Below are positions 35,134 to 45,649 of a stretch of 64,000 nt of DNA, piece after piece. The translations under genes were made by a program, and so were the position numbers. The DNA is taken from NCBI GenBank assembly GCA_030765525.1, contig JAVCCK010000030.1, forward strand, positions 12,488 through 76,487, in the 5' to 3' direction. Positions within the stretch are counted from its first letter, which is position 1, and each line of letters begins with the position of its first letter. The notes beneath the pieces are model-generated. The model was not told the DNA's origin and did not search any database. It was given only the letters and a program-made list of their open reading frames with translations. The stretch comes from Candidatus Lernaella stagnicola. Its GTDB lineage: Bacteria; Lernaellota; Lernaellaia; Lernaellales; Lernaellaceae.

Positions 35134-36042
35134 GTGGCAAAAAAAGTATTGATCGTATTATTCGCATTCAGCGTGCTCTTTTTGGGCTTCTCGGTCGGCC
35201 GCTTCACAAGCATTATCCCGACAAGCAAAATGAGCTACGCCGCGAAACAGAATAAGCAGTTCAAAGAACTCGACGAAATGAACCAGGCTCTGGCTTTGGC
35301 GATCGCCGCCTCGAGCCCCACCATCGCCGAGGAAATGGTCAAAAACCTGAAGAAACAGGAAAACCTGCCGCGCGAAGCCTTCACGACCTTGGTCGCCTTG
35401 GCCAAAGGCGTACAGGGCAGCGGCAAAGGCAAGCAGGGCCAGCGGCCTCAGCGAACCGCCCCGTCCAACGATCCCAAAGACGTATTCAAGCAGGAAAAAG
35501 TCACGCTCGACGTTCCCCAGGGCTCATACTCCGTCGGCAATAAAAACGCCCCGGTTCAGATCGTGACCTTCACCGAATTCCTCTGCCCGTATTGCGCCCG
35601 TCTCGACCCGTCCATTCGTCAGTTACAGGAAGAATTCGGCGCCGACAAAGTGCATGTCACCTTCCAGTCGCGGATCGTCCACGGTGAACGCGCCGAGTTC
35701 TATCACCGCGCCGCCGCAGCCGCCGGATTGCAGGGCAAGTTCTTCGAATTTGTCGACGCGCTGTTCAGCACCCAAAAGGACTGGATCCGCACACCGCCGG
35801 AAAAAGCCTTCGACGAAGTCATTGCCCCGAAAGCCAAGGCGCTGGGCCTGGACGTGGCGAAGCTGAAAAAAGATATGGACGGCGACAAAGTCAAAGCCCA
35901 GGTTGGCGCGGAAGACGCGCTGGGACAAAAGCTTGGTGTCCGCGGCACGCCGACTTCCTTCGTCAACGGATACATGGTGCGCGGCGCCAAACCGAAGGAA
36001 TTCTTCAAAGGCGTGATCGAGATGGCGCTTGAGAAGAAGTAG
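35134..36042 (+). CDS. DsbA-family thiol:disulfide oxidoreductase, membrane-anchored
   Basis: GTG start and N-terminal TM anchor. Thioredoxin fold with VTFTEFLCPYCARLDP (CPYC) and a C-terminal GVRGTPTSFVNG cis-Pro loop. Confidence 0.85.
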   Translation: MAKKVLIVLFAFSVLFLGFSVGRFTSIIPTSKMSYAAKQNKQFKELDEMNQALALAIAASSPTIAEEMVKNLKKQENLPREAFTTLVALAKGVQGSGKGKQGQRPQRTAPSNDPKDVFKQEKVTLDVPQGSYSVGNKNAPVQIVTFTEFLCPYCARLDPSIRQLQEEFGADKVHVTFQSRIVHGERAEFYHRAAAAAGLQGKFFEFVDALFSTQKDWIRTPPEKAFDEVIAPKAKALGLDVAKLKKDMDGDKVKAQVGAEDALGQKLGVRGTPTSFVNGYMVRGAKPKEFFKGVIEMALEKK

Positions 36043-36071
36043 TTTAGCCGTAGCCTGACCAGGAGCGAACG

Positions 36072-37544
<1,473 letters not shown>

Positions 37545-37567
37545 TAGAAAGCAAATAGGTTCGAACG

Positions 37568-37597
37568 ACGACCGGGTTCGCCCCGGTCGTTTTTTTT
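37568..37597 (+). terminator. rho-independent terminator after cysS
   Basis: ACGACCGGG (37568-37576), a 5-nt loop, CCCGGTCGT (37582-37590), then TTTTTTT. The T-run overlaps the stop codon of the convergent radical SAM gene. Confidence 0.8.
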
Positions 37598-38996
37598 AAC
37601 CCCGTACGATGTCGCCGGCGCGGCGGGCGATCGCCCACAGGTTGCGCGGAGTGAGGCGCCTGGCTTGCCGCCAGATCGGCGTCGGACGCAGGTAGAAACG
37701 CCGATAAGCGCGGCGCAGTTCGCGGTACAACACGGCGGGCGTCAGAAATTCGGTCCAAACCGGCGGCTGGAACGAGGAATCCGGATGCCGGGCGAACGAC
37801 CGCCACACCTCGGGATCGATCAGCCCCCGCGCGACCGCCACCTCGAAAAGCGGCGTCCCCGGGTACGGCACCAACACGTTGAACACCGCGTAATCCGGAT
37901 CGAGTTCCACCGCGAATTCAACCGTCCCGCGAATATCCGCCACCGCGCGATCGGTCGGCAGGCCGATCATGAAATACGCCGCCGAGGGCACGCCCGCCTC
38001 CCGCAGCAGCGCGACGGCTCGCCGGGCGTCATCGGTCGTGATGCTCTTGCCCAGCACTTCCAGGGCCTCGGGCGTGGCGGCTTCGACGCCGAGCTGCACG
38101 CGCACGCAACCGGCCGGTTTGAGCAGCCGCGCCAGTTCCGGCGTCAACCGGTCGAGGCGGGCGCGACACGTCCAGGTAAGCGGCAGCTTGCGGCGGATGA
38201 GCTCCTCGCACAGCGCGGCGGCCCGCTCGGGTTGCAGGTTGAAAGTGTCGTCAACGAAATACACCTCGCGGAAACCCTGCCCGGCCAACTCCTGCAATTC
38301 TTCGGCGACGGCCTTCGGGTCGCGCAGGCGCACCGGCGGACCGGGCGTCGAGCAAAAAGTGCACGCAAAGGGGCAGCCGCGGCTGGTTGATACCGTGGCC
38401 AGCGGCCCCGCGCTCACGGCGACGTCGCCATACAGCGAGCGATCCAGCAGCGAGCGATCGGGAGTCGGCAGTTCGTCCAAGTCCTTTGGCCGGCAAACCG
38501 GCTCCCCACGCACCAGCTTGCCGTCGCGCATGAACAGCACGCCCGGCGGCGCCGTTTCCGGCAACCCGCCCTTCCACGCCGCCAAAAACGCGGGCAGCGA
38601 TTCGTCGGCTTCATCCAGGAAAGCTGCGTCAACTTCCTCCAACCCGGCCGCTTCGACCGCGAAGGCGTTGACGTGCGGCCCGCCCAGGACCCGCAGCGCC
38701 TCCGGCCGCTGTTGCTTCACCGCGGCCAGCACGTGCACGGCGTCGACGAGTTGATAGGTCGTGGCCGTCACACCCACGACATCGGGCGCGAATTCCTGCA
38801 CGTGCAACAGTACCTCGCGCACGCCCGCGCCGCTGTTGCCCGCATCGAAAAAACGTACCTCGTGCCCGGCCCGCTTGAGCGCCGCGGCGACGTACAGCAA
38901 GCCCAGCGGCGGCAGCCTGCCCCCCTCGCGCACGACGTCGGGAATTTCCCCGGAAATCGCGTTGTCGCCCGGCGGGTTGATCAGCAAGACCTTCAT
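37596..38996 (-). CDS. B12-binding-domain (class B) radical SAM protein
   Basis: Trimmed to ATG 38996 (MKVLLINPP...), which overlaps the upstream stop as ATGA. N-terminal Rossmann/B12-like domain and a CPFACTFC (CxxxCxxC) cluster. Confidence 0.8.
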   Translation of the reverse strand: MKVLLINPPGDNAISGEIPDVVREGGRLPPLGLLYVAAALKRAGHEVRFFDAGNSGAGVREVLLHVQEFAPDVVGVTATTYQLVDAVHVLAAVKQQRPEALRVLGGPHVNAFAVEAAGLEEVDAAFLDEADESLPAFLAAWKGGLPETAPPGVLFMRDGKLVRGEPVCRPKDLDELPTPDRSLLDRSLYGDVAVSAGPLATVSTSRGCPFACTFCSTPGPPVRLRDPKAVAEELQELAGQGFREVYFVDDTFNLQPERAAALCEELIRRKLPLTWTCRARLDRLTPELARLLKPAGCVRVQLGVEAATPEALEVLGKSITTDDARRAVALLREAGVPSAAYFMIGLPTDRAVADIRGTVEFAVELDPDYAVFNVLVPYPGTPLFEVAVARGLIDPEVWRSFARHPDSSFQPPVWTEFLTPAVLYRELRRAYRRFYLRPTPIWRQARRLTPRNLWAIARRAGDIVRG

Positions 38997-40078
38997 GACA
39001 CCAACCCTGCGAGACGGCGGATGTCGGCTTCGCTCCGCGGCGAGCGGCGACGCGACATGCCGGCGGTCTGCAGCCGCACCTGATCCCACATCGCGCCCGG
39101 GTCTACCGCCAGCAGCGCGACTTCCGCCCAGCAAGGGCGCAGGCAGTCGGGGCAAGACGCCGTTTCCCGGCGGATGAATTCTTCGGTCCATCGCGCGGCG
39201 ATCTGTTCGACCTCCACCGCGTCAATGGTTTCGAAATGGTGGCAAAGGCTGGCCTTGCCGTCGGGCCGCAACGACAAATAGGCCCGCCCCGCCAGGCAGC
39301 GCCACGTCGTGCGGCCTTCGAGAAGGTAGCCGGGGATTTCAGCGAGAAAGGCTCGCGAGTTGGCCACGTGCCCGCGACGCTTTTTGTCGGCCACGGCTTC
39401 GTTCACGAAGGCCCGCAGCGCATCGGCCTGCTCGGGCGGAAAGGCGTGCGATGCGTCGCTGCCGAAAAAGGCGTCGCCTTCGACGTCGGCTAGATGCACC
39501 GGAATAAAACTCACCTGCGCGCCCAGGTTGTAGGCCAGGTCGGAAATGCGCGGCAGGTCGGCCAGGTTCTTGGCGCTGACGATGGTGTTGATCAACCACC
39601 CGGCCGTGTGCGGCAGGGTTTGCGTCAACATGGCCAGGTTGGCCAGTCGTTTATCGAGCCCGCCGGGCAGGCCGTCGAATTCTTCCTGCACCGCCGCGTC
39701 GAGGCTGTCGAGCGAAAACGACAGGTCGGCCATGCCCGCGGCCAAACAGGCGCGCACCTTCGCCTCGTTGACGGCCACGCCGTTGGTCAACACGCGCACG
39801 CGAAAACCGTGATCGGCAAACGCGGCGACGACCTCCGCCACATCCTCGCGCACAAAGGGTTCGCCGCCGCCGAGACTAATTGTCGTGGCGCCCCGCTCGG
39901 CCAGCAAGCGAGCGATCTCCCGCCAGCGCTCCGGCGTTGCTTCCTCGAGCTCCCCCGCCCGCTTGTAGACGCCGCACATGCCGCATCGCAGGTTGCAGCG
40001 GTGCGTGATCCCGGCGTGCACGTAGGTAAGGTTTCGGCGCAGCAAATTGACGGCGGTGCGTATCACGCGCGGCGTCAT
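38993..40078 (-). CDS. radical SAM protein with C-terminal SPASM/twitch-like Cys cluster
   Basis: Trimmed to ATG 40078 (TGATG overlap with the upstream stop). Has GITHRCNLRCGMC (CxxxCxxC), GGGEPF, and C-terminal Cys residues WRCLAG...LCHH...CPDCLRPCW. Confidence 0.75.
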   Translation of the reverse strand: MTPRVIRTAVNLLRRNLTYVHAGITHRCNLRCGMCGVYKRAGELEEATPERWREIARLLAERGATTISLGGGEPFVREDVAEVVAAFADHGFRVRVLTNGVAVNEAKVRACLAAGMADLSFSLDSLDAAVQEEFDGLPGGLDKRLANLAMLTQTLPHTAGWLINTIVSAKNLADLPRISDLAYNLGAQVSFIPVHLADVEGDAFFGSDASHAFPPEQADALRAFVNEAVADKKRRGHVANSRAFLAEIPGYLLEGRTTWRCLAGRAYLSLRPDGKASLCHHFETIDAVEVEQIAARWTEEFIRRETASCPDCLRPCWAEVALLAVDPGAMWDQVRLQTAGMSRRRSPRSEADIRRLAGLVS

Positions 40079-41490
40079 CAGGCGCTCCGTTGGTCGCGGC
40101 CGAGTATCAGGTAAAGCACCAGGCGAATCGCTTCGAGGTACCGGCGCACGTCCCGCCAACCATGGATGTTCCTCAAGTGCCGCCACCACAGCTTGGGCCG
40201 CAACAGGAAGCGACGATAAAAGCGGCGCTGCGCCGCCATCAGGCTTTCGCGCGTCCAACCGTGCGGTACGAACACCGGCTCCCAGAAAGAAAAATCGGTC
40301 GTATCGTGACCGGTCAGCGACCCCCACGACGACCACTGCTCGTATTGCGGCGTGCCGCGCATGGGCGTGTTGATCTGCACGGTCACTTCCATCAACGGCA
40401 GACTCAGCGCGAATTCGATCGATCGCCGCACCGACGCGTCGGTCTCGCCGAAATGGCCGAGCATGAAAAACGCCTTCATCTGGATGCCCTGCTTATCGCC
40501 CCATTCGGCGGCCTGCCGAATCTGCTCCGTCTTCACGTCTTTATCGATGCGCCGCAGAATCTCCGGATCGCCCGACTCGATACCCAGGCGCGCCCGCCAG
40601 CAGCCCGCCTCGCGGAACAAGGCGAACATCTCTTCGTCCACCGTGTCGGCGCGTAGGGTGCAGGTCCACTCAGTTTTGATGCCGCGGGCGATCATGCCGC
40701 GCGCGATATCCTTGGCGCGCTCGTCGAGGGTGGCAAAGGTGCTGTCCAAAAAGGCGATGCCCCGCGCGCCGTGTTCCGCAATGCAGTGCTCCACCTCGTC
40801 CAACACGCGCTCGACGCTGTGAGCGCGCATGCGCCTGCCGAACACGTTCTTGTCGCAAAAGATGCAGCCGTGCGGGCAGCCGCGGGTGGTGATCATCGGG
40901 ATTTTCGGCAACTCGCGGTAATCGGCGGGGATGGGCCGGTACAGTTCTTTTTTCATCAGGTGCCGCGCCGGATACGGTAGTTCATCCAGGTGCGAGACGA
41001 CTTCGGCCGGGCCCGTGTTTCGCAGCCGGCCGTCCTCGCGCACCAACAAACCGGGAATTTGCGGCCACGGCTCGCCGGCCAGAATCCGCGCGAAGGCCGT
41101 CTCGCCCTCGCCGAGCACGCCCGCATCGAAGGGTGTATCGCTCAGCGCGTCCTCACGCCACGCGGCCAGGTGCGGCCCCCCCACAATTAAAGGTATCGAC
41201 GGCCACCGTTGCCGGAAGGCGTTCGCGGTGGCGACGCTCATCACCCAACTGGTCGTCACGCCGGTCAGGCCAATGAGGTCCGGCCCGAACTCGCCGGTAC
41301 GCCGCATCAGTTCGGCCATCGTGAGGCGCTCGACCGCGGCGTCGATAATCATCGCCTCGTGCCCGTCGCGTTCGGCGATGGCGGCTAGGTAGCCCAGCCC
41401 CAGCGGCATGCTGTTGTAAAACAGCCGGGCCACTACGGCGTTGCCCCTTTCCCGCGGGGCAATCGGCGGATTGACGAGCAATACTTTCAT
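40078..41490 (-). CDS. B12-binding-domain (class B) radical SAM protein
   Basis: Trimmed to ATG 41490 (MKVLLVNPP...). Has a CPHGCIFC cluster. Paralogous in layout to 37596-38996. Confidence 0.8.
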   Translation of the reverse strand: MKVLLVNPPIAPRERGNAVVARLFYNSMPLGLGYLAAIAERDGHEAMIIDAAVERLTMAELMRRTGEFGPDLIGLTGVTTSWVMSVATANAFRQRWPSIPLIVGGPHLAAWREDALSDTPFDAGVLGEGETAFARILAGEPWPQIPGLLVREDGRLRNTGPAEVVSHLDELPYPARHLMKKELYRPIPADYRELPKIPMITTRGCPHGCIFCDKNVFGRRMRAHSVERVLDEVEHCIAEHGARGIAFLDSTFATLDERAKDIARGMIARGIKTEWTCTLRADTVDEEMFALFREAGCWRARLGIESGDPEILRRIDKDVKTEQIRQAAEWGDKQGIQMKAFFMLGHFGETDASVRRSIEFALSLPLMEVTVQINTPMRGTPQYEQWSSWGSLTGHDTTDFSFWEPVFVPHGWTRESLMAAQRRFYRRFLLRPKLWWRHLRNIHGWRDVRRYLEAIRLVLYLILGRDQRSA

Positions 41491-41542
41491 CTTGGGAAAG
41501 ATACCAGGGTAGTCCCGGTCGCAAAAGAGCGAAGGGGGGTTC

Positions 41543-41968
41543 TCAGTTACGGATCGCTTTTGACAACGAATACCCGGCGCCGCCGAACAGGATCGTGCCG
41601 GCAACCAGCAGGATAATGATTCCGGAAATCGGCGGCGAGGGAAAACGCACCGCGATGTTGGTTGTGACCTTGGCGTCTTTGGTCGGGCCCTGCGCTTTGA
41701 TTTCCACGAGACCCGAAGCCGTCGGTAGCCACCGCAATCGACCGTCGGCGGCGGGCGGGCCGAGCTGGTTGATTTGCGCCGTGGCGGAGTTGGGCCGGTA
41801 GGTGACCACGAACGACCAGGCGGTCGGGTCTTCGACGTCACTTAGGGTGACGAACACTTCCTGTCCCCGAATCGGAAACTCGGGCTCGCATTCGATTTTC
41901 GCGGCCCAAGCCGGCGCAGTCAGGGCCAACACAAATACCGCCAGCAAAATCGTCGCCGTCGTTTTCAT
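41543..41968 (-). CDS. small exported Ig-like protein with C-terminal TM anchor
   Basis: Signal peptide MKTTATILLAVFVLALTAPAWA, a beta-rich body and a C-terminal helix ISGIIILLVAGTILFGGAGY. Its ATG overlaps the transporter stop (ATGA). Confidence 0.6.
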   Translation of the reverse strand: MKTTATILLAVFVLALTAPAWAAKIECEPEFPIRGQEVFVTLSDVEDPTAWSFVVTYRPNSATAQINQLGPPAADGRLRWLPTASGLVEIKAQGPTKDAKVTTNIAVRFPSPPISGIIILLVAGTILFGGAGYSLSKAIRN

Positions 41969-43500
41969 GCCGCGCCTCCTTTCTCACGCCGGTTGCGGAA
42001 GAACATAAACACGCCCGCGCCGCCCAGCGTAAAGGTCAACCAGCAGATCACAACCGACCAGTGCATGAAGCCCTGGTACGGACCGGCCTTGAAATCGTGA
42101 CCGTAGAGCCCGCCCGTGATTTCCTTGTAGATCCCCGAGCCGACGACCAGGATGATCAAGCTCGGCAGCACGTAACGCAGCAGCACTTTGAACCACGCGC
42201 CGAGTTTGATCGAACTGTGCCGGTTGATGTGGGCGATCAGCTTGTCGGTGTCGAAAAGCCAGCCCAGGAAAATGCACTCGATCAACCCGCCCAGCAGCAG
42301 CCCGTAAGAAAACGCCCAGTGGTCGAACATGTCCAGCAGCGTTAAGCCCAAGGTGCCGTTGTTATCCAACCCCTTGTCGATCACCTGCGGCATGGCGAAG
42401 GAAATCGAACCGATGGCCCCCAAAAACGCCACCGCGACCACCACTCTTTTGCGCGTAAAGCCAAAGGCGTCGATGATCGAAGACACCACGGTCTCGACCA
42501 GGCTCACCGCGCTGGTCAGCCCCGCGGTCAGCAGCAAGACGAAAAACAGCACGCCGAAGGTGCGCACCCAGAAGGGCATCTGCGCGAGGCCCTCGGGGAT
42601 AACGAAGAACATCATCCCCAACGTGCTGGCCTTCGGGACGATGGCAAAGGCGAACAGCAACGAGAAAATCGCCACGCCCGCCAGGTACTCGAAGCCGCAG
42701 TTCATCAACGAGATGGTCAGGGCGCTTTGCACGTCGTCGTTCTTTTTCGGCAGATAGGATGCGTACGTAGCCATGATGCCGAAGCCCAGCGACAACGTGA
42801 AGAAGATTTGGCTGATGGCGCCGAGCCACACCTCGCTGCTTTTCATCACGGCCCAGTCCGGCGTGAACAGCAGGTACACGCCCTCGAGCCCGTTGTCCAA
42901 GGTCAGCCCGCGGAAAATAAGGACGATCATAAACAGCCACATCGCCGGCACGAACACCTTGACCACGGTCTCGATGGATTTCGTTCCCCAAAGCACCGTG
43001 AAGATGTTCAACATCCATACGAGCACGACGAACGCCAAGGCGTCGTAACGGCTGATCATGTCGAAGAAATGGCTCATCGAATTCGACAGCGTTCCCGCCG
43101 CCAACCCGAAGGCCTGCACGTCGGTCGGCGTCCACAACGGCCCGATGGAACGCAGGAGCATGCCGACGACCCAGCCGAGAATCGTGATGTAGTACATCGT
43201 GATGACGCCGGCGTTGAGCACGCCGAACCAGCCGAAATACTCGCCGCGCTTGCCGCCGATTTCCCGCATGGCCAACGGAAACGCCTTGCCGGTCATCCGC
43301 CCCAGGCCCAACTCGACGATCATCAAGGGTATGCCGATCACGATCAGCGCGAGGAAATAGGGCAGATAAAACGCCCCCGCCCCAAACCGGTAGGCGTTCG
43401 CACCGAAAAACACGATGTTACCCAAACCGATGGCGCTGCCCGACGCGGCCAGGATGAAGCCTATCTTGCTACCCCAGGCTCCCCGTTTAGAGGCTGCCAT
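41965..43500 (-). CDS. sodium-dependent transporter, NSS/SNF family
   Basis: Trimmed to ATG 43500 (GGGAGG upstream). Has GFILAASGSAIGLGNIVFFGANAYRFGAGAFYLPYF and about 11-12 TM helices. Confidence 0.85.
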   Translation of the reverse strand: MAASKRGAWGSKIGFILAASGSAIGLGNIVFFGANAYRFGAGAFYLPYFLALIVIGIPLMIVELGLGRMTGKAFPLAMREIGGKRGEYFGWFGVLNAGVITMYYITILGWVVGMLLRSIGPLWTPTDVQAFGLAAGTLSNSMSHFFDMISRYDALAFVVLVWMLNIFTVLWGTKSIETVVKVFVPAMWLFMIVLIFRGLTLDNGLEGVYLLFTPDWAVMKSSEVWLGAISQIFFTLSLGFGIMATYASYLPKKNDDVQSALTISLMNCGFEYLAGVAIFSLLFAFAIVPKASTLGMMFFVIPEGLAQMPFWVRTFGVLFFVLLLTAGLTSAVSLVETVVSSIIDAFGFTRKRVVVAVAFLGAIGSISFAMPQVIDKGLDNNGTLGLTLLDMFDHWAFSYGLLLGGLIECIFLGWLFDTDKLIAHINRHSSIKLGAWFKVLLRYVLPSLIILVVGSGIYKEITGGLYGHDFKAGPYQGFMHWSVVICWLTFTLGGAGVFMFFRNRREKGGAA

Positions 43501-43699
43501 GAATCCTCCCGTCACATCTGCACTTGGATAATGAAAAATCAGGCTAAAAGGCGCGTTGCGCCAAGTCAAGCAAGGTCACGATCGGATACCGGCCGGCGCG
43601 ACCAGTGTGTTTTCGTTAATGTGGGCGGCGGCGGCCCGCGCTACGGCGTCCAGGTGCTGGGTGGGGCAGACGAAAACGACCAGGCGTTCGCGCGCGGCG

Positions 43700-45544
43700 T
43701 CAGCGGGCGGAGTAGATGTCGCGGATCGCCTCTTTGGCGGCACGGCAATCCGGATCGATTTCCAGGGCTTTGACGAAATACAACTCCGCCATGCTCGTAT
43801 CGCCCGCCTCCTTGTGAATGCGGCCGAGGTAGACGTAGGCGGTGGTGTTGCGCTGGTCCACTTTGAGCGCTTCGCGCACGCGGGCCGTCGCATTCTGCAG
43901 CGTTTCAGGAGTTCGTTCGTGGGTTTTGAAATACGCCCATCCCAGGTACACGTGCAGACTGGGCTCGGCGAAACCACGTTCCTGAGCGATGTTCAACGCT
44001 TCGAAACCGCGTTCGAATTCTTCCTGTTCCAGAAGAGCCACGCCCATGCGATAAATTTGATCGGCAGGATCATCGGCTGCGAAATCAAGATGGTCCGGCT
44101 CCATATCTTCCCCCATCGCCAACTCGTCCGGCGCGTCGAAGTCGATGTTCAACCCGTCGTCTTCGGCCGCAGCCACGTTGGTGCGGTCGACCATTTCGCC
44201 GAAATCGTCGTCGGCATTTTCGGCGTCGATATCCGGCAGCTCGCCGATATCGAAATCGTCGAGTTGATCCAGTCCGATTTCATCCGGTTCCGCCTGCCCG
44301 TCGTCGGCATCGGCCAACCGGCCTTCGATAATCTGCTGAAACTCTTCCGCCACGTGCCGCGCGGCGTCCGATTCGACATCGTCCGCCGACGTCTCCGTGG
44401 GAGTCACGTCAGCCGGTCTTTCGTGAATGCTTTGTTCCGCTTCCTCAACGTCGCCGGCCCGACCGCCCCGTACTTCCTCAAGCCGTTGCTTGATTCGCGC
44501 ACGCAGCAAGACCGCCAGAGATTCGGTGGAATCGGCTTGCCGCAAATCGGAGATGTCGACACCCTGCTCGGCCGCTCGGCGCAGAATCTCCGCGGCGAGC
44601 TTCATACTCTCGGCATGGTGGTGTTCGTCCTGACCCGCCGCCGCCGGCTCCGGTTCGGGTTCCTGGGCGACTTCCTCGTGGATACGATCCACGCTTTTTT
44701 CAGCCTGCCGGAACGCCCATTCCCATTTTCCCTCTTCGGCCGTGGGCGCGGCGGTTTCGGTTTCGCCGCGTTTTTTCTTTCGAGAGACGCCGCTGCGGGC
44801 GAATTTCGCGCATTCGATGGTCAGCAGGCCGAAAATCAGGGCGCGCACGTCCGGCGCATCTAGTTCCGACTCCGCGACGATGTCCCCCGGCGTCTTGCCC
44901 TCGCGAATCCATTGGCCGATCTGCTTTTCGGCGTCGGTGACCAACACGTCATCAAGGTCGATCAGCGCGTCCTTGAAGGTTTTCAAGGGCGTCGCGGAGC
45001 GTTTGCGTAACCGATCCTCGATCATCCCGGGGTGATAATATTTGCGGATACCGTCGATCAGCCAACGCAGCGTGCGCTGGGGGTCGGGTAGCTCCTGAGA
45101 ATCGGGCATCTCCTGCTCGTAAAACGCGTAATCGCCGCTGCGCCAGTTGAACAAGCCCATGATATTGCGTTCGTAATAGATGCCCGCCAGACGACGAATT
45201 TGCCCGTACTGGACCATTTTCTGTTCGATCATCAGGTGCAGCGCGGTGGTCTCTTCCGCCTTCGCCTTCGCGCCGAAATTCTGTAACTCTTCACTGGTAA
45301 TGACACCGTGGTGCACTAAAAACAAACCGAACTCGGGCTCCTCGAACAGAAACCGCTCACACAGCACCAAACAGCCTTCGTTCAGGTAGAGCCGAACGCG
45401 GGTCGGATCACCGTCGAAAGAAAGCACACCCCGTTTTTTGGCCTTGAAGAATCCATAAATTAACCTAGCGGGATGAATCTGGGTTAAACTACCCTTAATA
45501 GCGGGCGTTTCTAAGGGGCGAGTGTCGTGATTAATAGGCATCAT
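43700..45544 (-). CDS. DUF4388 (PATAN-associated) N-domain protein with acidic linker and C-terminal TPR repeats
   Basis: N-terminus GSLTQIHPARLIYGFFKAKKRGVLSFDGDPTRVRLYLNEGCLV fits the DUF4388 pattern. A second similar segment follows, then a long acidic region. C-terminal TPRs: YRMGVALLEQEEFERGFEALNIAQERG, AYVYLGRIHKEAGDTSMAELYFVKALEIDP. Confidence 0.6.
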   Translation of the reverse strand: MMPINHDTRPLETPAIKGSLTQIHPARLIYGFFKAKKRGVLSFDGDPTRVRLYLNEGCLVLCERFLFEEPEFGLFLVHHGVITSEELQNFGAKAKAEETTALHLMIEQKMVQYGQIRRLAGIYYERNIMGLFNWRSGDYAFYEQEMPDSQELPDPQRTLRWLIDGIRKYYHPGMIEDRLRKRSATPLKTFKDALIDLDDVLVTDAEKQIGQWIREGKTPGDIVAESELDAPDVRALIFGLLTIECAKFARSGVSRKKKRGETETAAPTAEEGKWEWAFRQAEKSVDRIHEEVAQEPEPEPAAAGQDEHHHAESMKLAAEILRRAAEQGVDISDLRQADSTESLAVLLRARIKQRLEEVRGGRAGDVEEAEQSIHERPADVTPTETSADDVESDAARHVAEEFQQIIEGRLADADDGQAEPDEIGLDQLDDFDIGELPDIDAENADDDFGEMVDRTNVAAAEDDGLNIDFDAPDELAMGEDMEPDHLDFAADDPADQIYRMGVALLEQEEFERGFEALNIAQERGFAEPSLHVYLGWAYFKTHERTPETLQNATARVREALKVDQRNTTAYVYLGRIHKEAGDTSMAELYFVKALEIDPDCRAAKEAIRDIYSAR

Positions 45545-45649
45545 GTACGAAAATTTGTTCGAGTCTCTGGTTGCGTGTCAAGCCACGTGCGAATTTTCCA
45601 CTATTTTCGCCACGTTGGAAAGACTAAATTCCAATTTGTCGAAAAAAAA

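Noticed and set aside
37596-41841. Long N-terminal extensions of the three radical SAM ORFs, and similarly of 26007-28085, 32631-33698, 55075-56016 and 56879-58480.
   Set aside because: The extensions are Arg/Pro/Gly-rich and overlap the upstream gene. In each case an internal ATG lies exactly at an ATGA, TGATG or TAATG junction with the upstream stop and begins a canonical domain N-terminus (for example MKVLLINPP).
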